From assembly GCA_965655095.1 (NCBI GenBank), contig OZ296650.1, positions 35,464,001 through 35,528,000 of the forward strand: a stretch of 64,000 nucleotides of DNA, given 5' to 3'. The notes under the pieces are model-generated. The model worked only from the letters and a program-made list of their open reading frames with translations. It was not told the DNA's origin and searched no databases. Shown here one piece after another: positions 1-12,000 of this stretch. Both the position numbers and the translations under genes were made by a program. The stretch is from Haplodiscus bocki (taxonomy: Eukaryota). Within the stretch, counting starts at the first letter, position 1, and each line of letters starts with the position of its first letter.

Positions 1-536
1 CAACGTATTGAATAGCCGGGTCAATTGGAATGATTTTGAATTTTCCCTCATGGCTTCGGCTTCAACAGCATAAATTGCAACCTAAACTTGGTAAAGAAAC
101 ACTTGATACCACCACTAGTAATTGAACGAGATGTTGAACCAAAAAATAATCCGGAAAGCTGATCATTTTGTTTTGTTTCAAGTTCTGAGATGTTCAGTTG
201 CTAGATATCCTGGGTAATTTCGAGGACAACAGGCCATGATCTCCCTCTGAAAGCATTTGAAACGACTTCAATCAAAAATGTTTCTGGATGTGAAAATCTT
301 GATGTCTACAAAAACTCACCAAATCTCATTTACTGCATTCTCAAGCATACATTACTAAAATGCGAAGTTATAACCCTCTTGAAAAGAGAAATTGAGCTTC
401 TCCCAGCCTGTTAGACGGAGGCAGGAGAACCAATGAATTGCTAACCAATTTGAAAACAATTTGGTCACATCCGTTTGAATGAGATGAACACCACAACTTG
501 TTGACAGTGTGAGAACAAGAAAAAATGTGTGCATGT

Positions 537-860
537 GTCAGAATGCGGTCTTTCCAACCACTGAACCCATCTCTTGTGCCATTGATTCCCGGACGCGAAA
601 AAAAATTATATGCCTGGTGGAAAGACAATATTGATGTTTAATTCAGGATCCTGCCACTGAAGCTTAATGTCTTCCATATCCGACATCGGATACTCACTTG
701 CGTCCATCTGTGTTGCGCCTTTACTTGAGTGTGGTGCCTACTATATCTACACAGTAGCTTCCTGGTTGGGAGACAATAGTACTCTCGCTAATCGGGTGTC
801 CAAAAGGTCTTAACTCTGCTGAAGTAGCAGATTCTACGCAGCGCTGGATAGTTAGTGATC
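537..860 (-). other. ~320-bp unit segment not clearly pPolB; minus strand reads like a decayed coding fragment, possibly Ty3/Gypsy pol (RNase H-integrase linker)
   Basis: Minus-strand reading in many copies is DTQLAR...QMDASEYPMSDLEDIKLQWQDPDLNMNIVFPPG..FSPPGINGTRDG. QLAR and QxDPDL resemble Gypsy pol. Boundaries and identity are uncertain. Confidence 0.35.
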
Positions 861-2092
861 GGATCCTTGACTGACGAGCTTGCGACAAAGAGTATAAACA
901 AGCGCTCTATTTTCCAACATTTGTAACAGAATAAAAGTCATACTGGCTATGTCCTAAAGGTCGCCGTACTCTTTAAATGTCACCGCTGCTCTAAAGTGGT
1001 CAATTCATCAAGAAAGATCCGAATGAGGAGAGACACCTGTTAGTTTGTCATGAATTTTTTTTGACGTTTTATAAAACAACGTGTTTCAACCACGAGAATC
1101 CTTGTCTAATGAACTCCGTTTTGTTTTCAGATTTTGACAATAGATATTCAAAGGCTTTCAAGAACATGGAAAAATTTGACTCTCAAAACCTTTGTGTGTA
1201 AGATAACTTTATTAGTTGTAACGGTACCACAAGTTGGATCAGCAGAAACGTACAGGATTTTCATTAAATTCTTCCAACTTGAAATTAGCTCCATTTTTGC
1301 AAGGCAAGTCCAATCCGAGGTATTTGGTTGAGTTGTTTGTTGATGCTTTTAGTGGGTTTCATGCTCAAATCAAAACTTAAAGACAAAATGATTTTTTTGA
1401 AGATTTATATTGGCGCAAACGGCAAGTCCACGCAGCGTTTGTCAATTTACAATCAACGTTGTTTCGGCAAGCGGTGGATCTTGACTTTTGAAGACGAGTG
1501 TGTCAAAGGAGAAGAGTTCGATCAATCATAACGTTTTTTACAAAGGCAAAATATTCAACGTATTGATTAGCCGGGTCAATTGGAAAGATTTTGAATTTTC
1601 CCTCCTGGCTTCGGCTTCAACAGCACAAACTGCAACCTAAACTTGGTAAAAAAAACCTGGTACCACCACTAGTAAAAGAACGAGCTGTTGAACCAAAAAT
1701 TGATCTAGAAATCTGATCATTTTGATTTTTTTTCAAGTTCTGAGATGTTCAGTTGTTAGATATCCTGGGTGATTTTCGAAGACAACAGGCCATGATTTCT
1801 TCCTGAAAGCATTTGAAACGACTTCAATCAAAAATGTTTTTGGATGTGGAAAACTTGATGAATAGAAAAACTCAACAAATCTCATTTACTGCATTCTCAA
1901 GCATACATTAATAAAATGCTAAGTTATAACCCTCTTGAAAAGAAGAATTGAGCTTGCCCAAACCTGTTAGACGGAGGCAGGAGAACCAATGAATTTCTAA
2001 CCAAATTGAAAACAATTTGATCACATCCGTTTGAATGAGATGAACACCACAACTTGTTGACAGTGTGAGAACAAGAAAAAATGTGTACATGT
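860..2092 (+). pseudogene. Polinton/Maverick pPolB internal fragment (representative copy; present in every unit)
   Basis: Frame-hopping plus-strand translation across copies gives GSMTDELA.KS, HTCYV..F..LF..HRCS, LVESFVD, FEDECVK, QFLQTHKNQ.IDLQDQLER, GFGFNSANCNLNLVKKHL.P.LVIERDVEP, LKAFETT and NPLEK. These resemble the N-terminal/exonuclease region of Polinton pPolB (GFNSxxYD exo motif). Many stops and frameshifts. Confidence 0.8.
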
Positions 2093-5000
2093 GTCAGAAT
2101 GCGGTCTTTCCAACCACTGAACCCATCTCTTGTGCCATTGATTCCTGGAGGCGAAAAACAACTATATGCCTGGTGGAAAGACAATATTCATTTTTAAGTC
2201 AGGATCCTGCAAAAAGCTTAATGTCTTCCAGATCCGACATCGGATACTCACTTGCGTCCATCTGTGTGTTGCGCCTTAGTTGAGTGTGGTGCCTGCTATA
2301 TCTACACAGTAACTTGCTGGTTGGGAAACATTGGAACTCTCGCTAATTGGGTGTCCAAATTGTCGTAACTCTGCTGAAGTAGCAGATTCTACGCAGCGCT
2401 GGATTGTTTGTGTTCGGATCCATGATTGACGAGCTTGCGATATAGAGTATAAGCAAGCGCTCTATTTCCCCACAATTGTAACAGAATAAAAGTCATACTG
2501 GATTTGTCCTAAAATTCGCCGTACTCTTTAAATGTCACCGCTGCTCTAAAATGATCAATTCATCAAGAAAGGTCCGAATGAGGAGCGACACCTGTTAGTT
2601 TGTCATAAATTTTTTTTGGACGTTTTACAACACTACGTGTGTCAACCACGGGGATCCTTGTCTAATGAACTGCTTTTTTTCAGATTTTGACAATAGATAA
2701 TCAAAAGCTTTCAAGAACATGGAAGAATTTGACTCTCGGAACCTTTGTGTGTGAGATAACTTTATTAGTTGTACGATGCCACAAGTTGGATCGGCAGAAA
2801 CGTACATGATTTTCATCAATTTCGTCCAACTTGAAATTAGCTCCAATTTTGCAAGGCAAGTCCAGTCTGAGGTACTTGGTTGAGTCATTTGTTGACGATT
2901 TAGTGGGTTTCATGCACAAATATAAACTTAAAGACAAAATGATTTTTTGAAGGTTTACATTGGCGCAAACGGCAAGTCCACGCAGCGTTTGTGAATTTAG
3001 AATCAGCGTTGTTTCGGCAAGCGGTGGATCTTGACTTTGAAGACGAGTGTGTCAAAGGAGAAGAGCTCGATCAATCATAACATTTTTACAAAGGCAAAGT
3101 ATTCAACGTACTGATTAGCCGGGTCAATTGGAAAAATTTTGAATTATCCCTCCTGGCTTCAGCTTCAACAGCGCAAACTGCAAACTAAACTTGGTAAAAA
3201 AACATCTGGTACCACCACTAGTAATTGAACGAGATGTTGAACCAAAAAAGGATCGAAAAATCTGATCATTTTGTTTTTTTTTCAAGTTCTGAGATGTTCA
3301 GTTGTTAGATATCTTGAATTTTTTTCGAGGACAACAGGCCATGATTTCCTCCTGAAAGCATTTGAAACGACTTCAATCAAAAATGTTTCTGGATGTGAGA
3401 AACTTGATGAATAGAAAAACTCAACAAATCTCATTTACTGCATTCTCAAGCATATATTAATAAAATGCTAAGTTATAACCCTCTTGAAAAGAAGAATTGA
3501 GCTTGCCCAAACCTGTTAGACGGAGGCAGGAGAACCAATGAATTTCTAACCAAATTGAAAACAATTTGGTCACATCCGTTTGAATGAGATGAACACCACA
3601 ACTTGTTGACAATGTGAGAACAAGAAAAAATGTGTGCATGTGTCAGAATGCGGTCTTTCCAACCACTGAACCCATCTCTTGTGCCATTGATTCCCGGACG
3701 CGAAAAAAAATTATATGCCTGGTGGAAAGACAATATTCATTTTTAAGTCAGGATCCTGCCACTGAAGCTTAATGTCTTCCAGATCCGACATCGGATACTC
3801 ACTTGCGTCCATCTGTGTGTGTTGCGCCTTAATTGAGTGTGGTGCCTGCTATATCTACACAGTAACTTGCTGGTTGGGAGACATTGGAATTCTCGCTACT
3901 TGGGTGTCCAAAATGTCCTAACTCTGCTGAAGTAGCAGATTCTACGCAGCGCTGGATTATTTGTGTTCGGATCCATGATTGACGAGCTTGCGATATAGAG
4001 TATAAGCAAGCGCTCTTTTTTCCAACAATTGTAACAGTTTAAAAGTCATACTGGCTTTGTCCTAAAAATCGCCGTACTCTTTAAATGTCACCGCTGCTCT
4101 AAAGTGATCATTTCATCAAGAAAGATCCGAATGAGGAGCGACAACTGTTAGTTTGTCATAAAGTTTTTTGGGACGTTTTACAACACTACGTGTCTCAGCC
4201 ACGGAGATCCTTGTCTAATGAACTGCATTTCTTTCCAGATTTGGGAATAGATAATCAAAAGCTTTCAAAAAAATGGAAAAATTTGACTCTCAAAAGCTTT
4301 GTGTGTAAGATAACTTTATTACTTGTAACGGTACCACAAGTTGGATCAGCAGAAACGTACAGGATTTTCATTAAATTCGTCCAACTTGAAATTAGCTCCA
4401 TTTTTGCAAGGCAAGTCCAATCCGAGGTATTTGGTTGAGTTGTTTGTTGATGCTTTTAGTGGGTTTCATGCTCAAACTAAAACTTAAAGACAAAATGATT
4501 TTTTGAAAATTTACATTGGCGCAAACGGCAAGTCCACGCAGCATTTGTCAATTCAGAATCAACGTTATTCCGGCAAGCGGTGAATCATGACTTTTGAAGA
4601 CGAGTGTGTCAGAGGAGAAGAATCCGATCAATCACAACGTTTTTTACAAACGCAAAATATTCAACGTATTGTTTAGCAGGGTCAATTGGAAAGATTTTGA
4701 TTTTTGCTTCCTGGTTTCCACTTCAACAGCGCAAACTGCAACCTAAACTTGGTAAAAAAACACCTGGTACCACTACTAGTAATTCAACGAGATGATGAGC
4801 CAAAAATGATCACGAAAGCTGATCCTTCTGTTTTTTTTTCAAGTTCTGAAATGTTCAGTTGCTAGATATCTTGAGTTTGTTTCGGTGAAAACAGGCCATG
4901 ATTTCTTCCTGAAAGCATTTGAAACGACTTCAATCAAAAATTTTTCAAGATGTGAAAAAATGGATGACAAGAAAAACTCAACAAATCGCATTTACTGCAT

Positions 5001-5195
5001 TCTCAAGCGTACATTAAAAAAATGCGCAATTAAAACCTCTTGCAAAGAAGAATTGAGCTTCTCCAAGCCTGTTAGACGGTGGCAGGAGAACCAATGGTTT
5101 GCTAACAAAATTGAAAACGATTTGGTCACATGCGTTTGAAGGATATGAACACCCATACTTGTTGACAGTGTGAGAACAAGTAAAAATCTGCACAT

Positions 5196-6027
5196 GTAAC
5201 AGAATGTGGTCTTTCCAACCACTGAACCCATCTCTTGTGCCATTGATTCCCGGAGGCGACTTGGTTGAGTCGTTTGTTGATGCTTTTAGTGGGTTTCATG
5301 CTCAAACTAAAACTTAAAGACAAAATGATTTTTTGAAGGTTTACATTGGCGCAAACAGCAAGTCCACGCACCGTTTGTCAGCTTAGAATCAACGTTGTTT
5401 CGGCAAGCGGTCAATCTTGACTTTTGAAGACAAGTGTGTCAAAGGAAAACAACCGGAATCATCAGAACAGTTTTAACAAGCGCACAAGAATCAATGTATT
5501 GATTTGCATGATCAATTGGAACGATTTTGGACTTTGCTTCGTGGTTTAGGACTCAAAACGGCAAACTCGAATTTAACCTAGTTAAAAAATTACCCGGTAC
5601 CACCAGTGTTAATTGAACGAGATGTTGAACCAAAAATGACCAACAAAGCTGATGATTTTGTTTTTTTTTCCAGTTCTAAGATGTTCAATTGTTAGATTTC
5701 CTGAATTTTTTTTGAGGACAACAGGCCAAGATTTCTTCCTGAAAACATTTGAAACGACTTCAATCAAAAATGTTTCTGGATGTGAAAATCTGGATGACTA
5801 GAAAAACTCAACAAATCTCATTTACTGCATTCTCAAGCATACATTAGAATAATGCGCAATTAAAACCTCTTGCAAAGAAGAATTGAGCTTCTCCAAGCCT
5901 GTTAGACGGTGGCAGGAGAACCAATGGTTTGCTAACCAAATTGAAAACGATTTGGTCACATGCGTTTGAACGAGATGAACACCCATACTTGTTGACAGTG
6001 TGAGAACAAGTAAAAATGTGCACATGT
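5196..6027 (+). repeat. Truncated array unit (~830 bp) with ~725-bp internal deletion
   Basis: Junction CCCGGAGGCGA|CTTGGTTGAG at 5259/5260 joins two sequences that lie ~725 bp apart in normal units. Marker spacing here is 5172 to 6002. Confidence 0.95.
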
Positions 6028-9000
6028 GTCAGGATGTGGTCTTTCCAACCACTGAACCCATCTCTTGTGCCACTGATTCCTGGAGGCGAGAAAAAATTTT
6101 ATGCCAGGTGGAAAGACAATATTCATGTTTAAGTCAGGATCCTGGCACTAGGCTTAATGTCTTCCAGATCCCACATCGGACACTCACTTGAATCCATCTG
6201 TGTGTGTTGCGCCTTTACTTGAGTGTGGTGCCTGCAATATATACACAGTAACTTGCTGGTTGGGAGACATTGGAACACTCCCTAATTGGGTGTCCAAAAA
6301 GTCCTAACTCTGCTGAAGTGGCAGATTCTACGCAGCGCTGGTTTATTTGTGGTCGGATCCATGACCGACGAGCTGGCGGCAAAGAGTATAAGCAAGCGCT
6401 CTATTTTCCAGCATTCGTCACAAAACAAAAGTCATACTTGCTATATCCGAAATTTCGTCGTACTCTTTGAATGTCACCGATGCTCTAATGTGGTGAATTC
6501 AACAAGAAAGATACGAATGAGGAGCGACACCTTTTAATTTGTCATATCTTTTTTTGACGTTTTACAACACAACGTGTCGCAACTGCGGGGATCCTTGTCT
6601 AATGAACTGCATTTCTTTCCAGATTTGGAGAAAAGATAATCAAAAGCTTTCAAGAACATGGAAAAAATTGACTCTCAAAAGCTTTGTCTGTAAGATAACT
6701 TTATTAGTTGTACCGGTACCACAAGTTGGATCAGCAAAAACTTACATGATTTTCAACAAAATCGTCCAACTTGAAATTAGCTCCAATTTTGCAAGGCACG
6801 TCCAGTCTGAGGTACTTGGTTGAGTCATTTGTTGATGATTTAGTGAGTTTCGTTCACAAATTTAAACTTAAAGACAAAATGATTTTTTTGAAGGTTTACA
6901 TTGGCGCAAACAGCAAGTCCACGCAACGTTTATCAATTTAGAATCAACGTTGTTTCGGCAAGAGGTGAATCTTGACTTTTTGAAGGCGAGTGTGCCAAGG
7001 TAGAAGAGTCCGATCAATCACAACGTTTTTTACAAACGCAAATATTCAACGTATTGATTAGCAGAGTCAATTGGAAAGATTTTGAATTTTGCCTCCTGGC
7101 TTGGGCTTCAACAGCGCAAACTTCAACCTAAACTTGGTAAAAAAACACCTGGTACCACCACTAGTAATTGAACGAGACTTTGAAACGAAAATGATTAAAA
7201 AAGCTGATCATTTTGTTTTTTTTTCAAGTTCTGAGATGTTCAGTTGTTAGATATCTTGAATTTTTTTCGAGGACAACAAGCCGTGATTTCCCACTGAAAG
7301 CATTTGAAACGGCTTCAATCAAAAATGTTTCTTGATGTAAAAATCTTGATGACTAAAAATACTCAACAAATTGCATTTACTGCATTCTACAGCATACCTC
7401 AAAAAATTGCGAAGTTATAACCCTATTGACACGAAGATTTGAGCTTCTTCAAGCCTATTAGACGGAGGCGGGAAAACCAATGATTTGCTAACCAAATTGA
7501 AATCGATTCGGTCACTTCCGTTTGAACGAGATGAAAACCAGTACCTGGTGACAGTGTGAGAACAAGAAAAAATTTGCACATGTGTCAGAATGGGGTCCTT
7601 GGAACCACTAATCCATCTCTTGTGCCATTGACTCCTGAACGCGAAAAAAAAATGTTATGCCCAGTGGAAAGACAATATTCGTGTTTAAGTCAGGATCCTG
7701 CCACTGAAGCTTAATGTCTTCCAGATCCCACATCGGACACTCACTTGAATCCATCTGTGTGTGTTGCGCCTTTACTCGAGTGTGGTGCCTGCTATATCTA
7801 CACAGTAGCTTCCTGGTTGGGAGACAATGGTACTCTCGCTAATTGGGTGTCCAAAAGGTCTTAACTCTGCTGAAGTAGCAGATTCTACGCAGCGCTGGAT
7901 TATTAGTGGTCGGATCCATGACTGACGAGCTTGCGACAAAGAGTATAAACAAGCGCTCTATTCTCCAACATTTGTAACAGAATAAAAGTCATACTTGCTA
8001 TGTCCTAATTTTCGCCGTACTCTTTAAGCCTCACCGCTGCTCTAATATGGTCAATTCATCAAGAAAGATCCGAATGAGGAGCGACAACCTGTTAAATTGT
8101 CATAAAATTTTTTTGAAGTTTTACAACACAACGTGTCTCAACCACGGAGATCCTTGTCTGATGAACTGCATTTCTTTCCAGATTTGGAGAATAGGTAATG
8201 AAAAGCTTTCAAGAACATGGAAAAATTTGACTCTCAAAACCTTTGTGGGTAAGATAGTTTTAATAGTTGTACCGATACTACAAGTTGCATCGGCAGAAAC
8301 GTACGTGATTTTCATAAATTTCGTGCAACTTGAATTTAGCTCCAATTTTGCATGGCAAGTCGAATCCGAGGTACTTGGTTGTGTCGTTTGTTGATGCTTT
8401 TAGTGGGTTTCATGCAGAAATTAAAACTTAGAGACAAAATGATGTTTTTGAAGGTTTACATTGGCGCAAACAGCAAGTCCACGCAGCGTTTGTCAATTTA
8501 GAATCAACGTTGTTTCGGCAAGCGGTGAATCTTGACTTTGAAGACAAGTGTGTCAAAGGAAAACAACCGGAATCATCAGAACAGTTTTAACAAACGCACA
8601 AGTATCAATGTATTCATTTGCATGATCAACTGGAACGATTTTGGACTTTGCTTCGTGGTTTAGGACTCAAAACGGCAAACTCCAATTTAACCTAGTTAAA
8701 AAAGTACCCGGTACCACCAGTGTTAATTGAACGAGATGTTGAACCAAAAATGACCAACAAAGCTGATGATTTTGTTTTTTTTTCCAGTTCTAAGATGTTC
8801 AATTGTTAGATTTCCTGAATTTTTTTTGAGGACAACAGGCCAAGATTTCTTCCTGAAAACATTTGAAACGACTTCAATCAAAAATGTTTCTGGATGTGAA
8901 AATCTGGATGACCAGAAAAACTCAACAAATCTCATTTTCTGCATTCTCAAGCATACATAAAAAAAATGCGGAGTTATAACCCTCTTGAAAAGAAGAATTG

Positions 9001-12000
9001 AGCTTCTCCAACCCTGTTAGACGGAGGCAGGAGAACCAATGAAATTCTAACCAAATTGAAAACGATTTGGTCACATCCGTTTGATTGAGATGAAAACCAG
9101 TACTTGTTGACAGTGTGAGAACAAGACAAAAAAATGAACATGCGTCAGATTGGGATCTTTCCAACCGCTGAACCCATCTCTGGTGCCACTGATTCCTGGA
9201 GGCGAAAAAAGTTTTACGCCCGGTGGAAAGACAATATTCATGTTTAGGTCAGGATCCTGCCACTGAAGCTTAATGTCTTCCATATCCGACATCGGATACT
9301 CACTTGCGTCCATCTGTGTTGCGCCTTTACTTGAGTGTGGTGCCTACTATATCTACACAGTAGCTTCCTGGTTGGGAGACAATGGTACTCTCGCTAATTG
9401 GGTGTCCAAAAGGTCTTAACTCTGCTGAAGTAGCAGATTCTACGCAGCGCTGGATTATTAGTGGTCGGATCCATGACTGACGAGCTTGCGACAAAGAGTA
9501 TAAACAAGCGCTCTATTCTCCAACATTTGTAACAGAATAAAAGTCATACTTGCTATGTCCTAATTTTCGCCGTACTCTTTAAGCCTCACCGCTGCTCTAA
9601 TATGGTCAATTCATCAAGAAAGATCCGAATGAGGAGCGACAACCTGTTAAATTGTCATAAAATTTTTTTGAAGTTTTACAACACAACGTGTCTCAACCAC
9701 GGAGATCCTTGTCTGATGAACTGCATTTCTTTCCAGATTTGGAGAATAGGTAATCAAAAGCTTTCAAGAACATGGAAAAATTTGACTCTCAAAAGCTTTG
9801 TGCGTAAGATAGCTTTCATAGTTGTACCGATACTACAAATTGGATCGGCAGGACCGTACATGATTTTCATAAACTTCGTCCAACTTGAAATTAGCTCCAA
9901 TTTTGCAAGGCAAGTCGAATCCGAGGTACTTGGTTGAGTCGTTTGTTGATGCTTTTAGTGGGTTTCATGCAGAAATTAAAACTTAGAGACAAAATGATGT
10001 TTTTGAAGGTTTACATTGGCGCAAACAGCAAGTCCACGCAGCGTTTGTCAATTTAGAATCAACGTTGTTTCGGCAAGCGGTGAATCTTGACTTTGAAGAC
10101 AAGTGTGTCAAAGGAAAACAACCGGAATCATCAGAACAGTTTTAACAAACGCACAAGAATCAATGTATTGATTTGCATGATCAACTGGAACGATTTTGGA
10201 CTTTGCTTCGTGGTTTAGGACTCAAAACGGCAAACTCCAATTTAACCTAGTTAAAAAAGTACCCGGTACCACCAGTGTTAATTGAACGAGATGTTGAACC
10301 AAAAATGACCAACAAAGCTGATGATTTTGTTTTTTTTTTCCAGTTCTAAGATGTTCAATTGTTAGATTTCCTGAATTTTTTTTGAGGACAACAGGCCAAG
10401 ATTTCTTCCTGAAAACATTTGAAACGACTTCAATCAAAAATGTTTCTGGATGTGAAAATCTGGATGACCAGAAAAACTCAACAAATCTCATTTTCTGCAT
10501 TCTCAAGCATACATTAAAAAAATGCGAAGTTATAACCCTCTTGAAAAGAAGAATTGAGCTTCTCCAACCCTGTTAGACGGAGGCAGGAGAACCAATGAAA
10601 TTCTAACCAAATTGAAAACGATTTGGTCACATCCGTTTGATTGAGATGAAAACCAGTACTTGTTGACAGTGTGAGAACAAGACAAAAAAATGAACATGCG
10701 TCAGATTGGGATCTTTCCAACCGCTGAACCCATCTCTGGTGCCACTGATTCCTGGAGGCGAGAAAAAATTTTATGCCTGGTGGAAAGACAAAATTCGTGT
10801 TTAAGTCAAGATCCTGCCACTGAAGCTTAATGTCTTCCAGATCCGACATCGGACACTCACTTGAATCCATCTGTGTGTGTTGCGCCTTTACTTGAGTGTG
10901 GTGCCTGCTATATCTACACAGTAACTCGCTGGTTGGGAGACAATGGTACTCTCGCTAATTGGGTGTCCAAAGGTCTTAACTCTGCTGAAGTAGCAGTTTC
11001 TACGCAGCCCTGGATTTTTAGTGGTCGCATTCATGACTGACGAGCTTGCGACAAAGAGTATAAACAAGCGCTGTAATTTTCAACATTTGTAACAGAATAA
11101 AAGTCATACTGGCTATGTCCTAAAATTCGCCGTACTCTTTAAATGTCACCGCTGCTCTAAAGTGGTCAATTCATGAAGAAAGATCCGAATGAGGAGCGAC
11201 ACCTGTTAAATTGTCATAAATGTTTTTTGAAGTTTTACAACACAACGTGTCTCAACCACGGAGATCCTTGTCTGATGAACTGCATTTCTTTCCAGATTTG
11301 GAGAATAGGTAATCAAAAGCTTTCAAGAACATGGAAAAATTTGACTCTCAAAAGCTTTGTGCGTAAGATAGCTTTAATAGTTGTACCGATACTACAAATT
11401 GGATCGGCAGGACCGTACATGATTTTCATAAACTTCGTCCAACTTGAAATTAGCTCCAATTTTGCAAGGCAAGTCGAATCCGAGGTACTTGGTTGAGTCG
11501 TTTGTTGATGCTTTTAGTGGGTTTCATGCAGAAATTAAAACTTAGAGACAAAATGATGTTTTTGAAGGTTTACATTGGCGCAAACAGCAAGTCCACGCAG
11601 CGTTTGTCAATTTGGAATCAACGTTGTTTCGGCAAGCGGTGAATCTTGACTTTTGAAGGCGAGTGTGTCAAAGGAAAAGAACTGGAATCATCAGAACAGT
11701 TTTAACAAACGCCCAAGAATCAATGTTTTGATTTGCAGGATCAATTGGAACGATTTTGGGCTTTGCTTCGTGGTTTGGGGTTCAAAACGGCACACTTCAA
11801 TTTAACCTAGTTAAAAAAGTACCCGGTACCACCAGTGTTAATTGAACGAGATGTTGAAACAAAAAGGAACAAAAAAGCTGACCATTTTGTTTTTTTTTCA
11901 AGTTCTGAGATGTGCAGTTGTTAGATATCTTGAATTTTTTCGAGGACAGCAGGCCTTGATTTCTTCCTGAAAGCATTTGAAACGACTTCAACCAAATATG

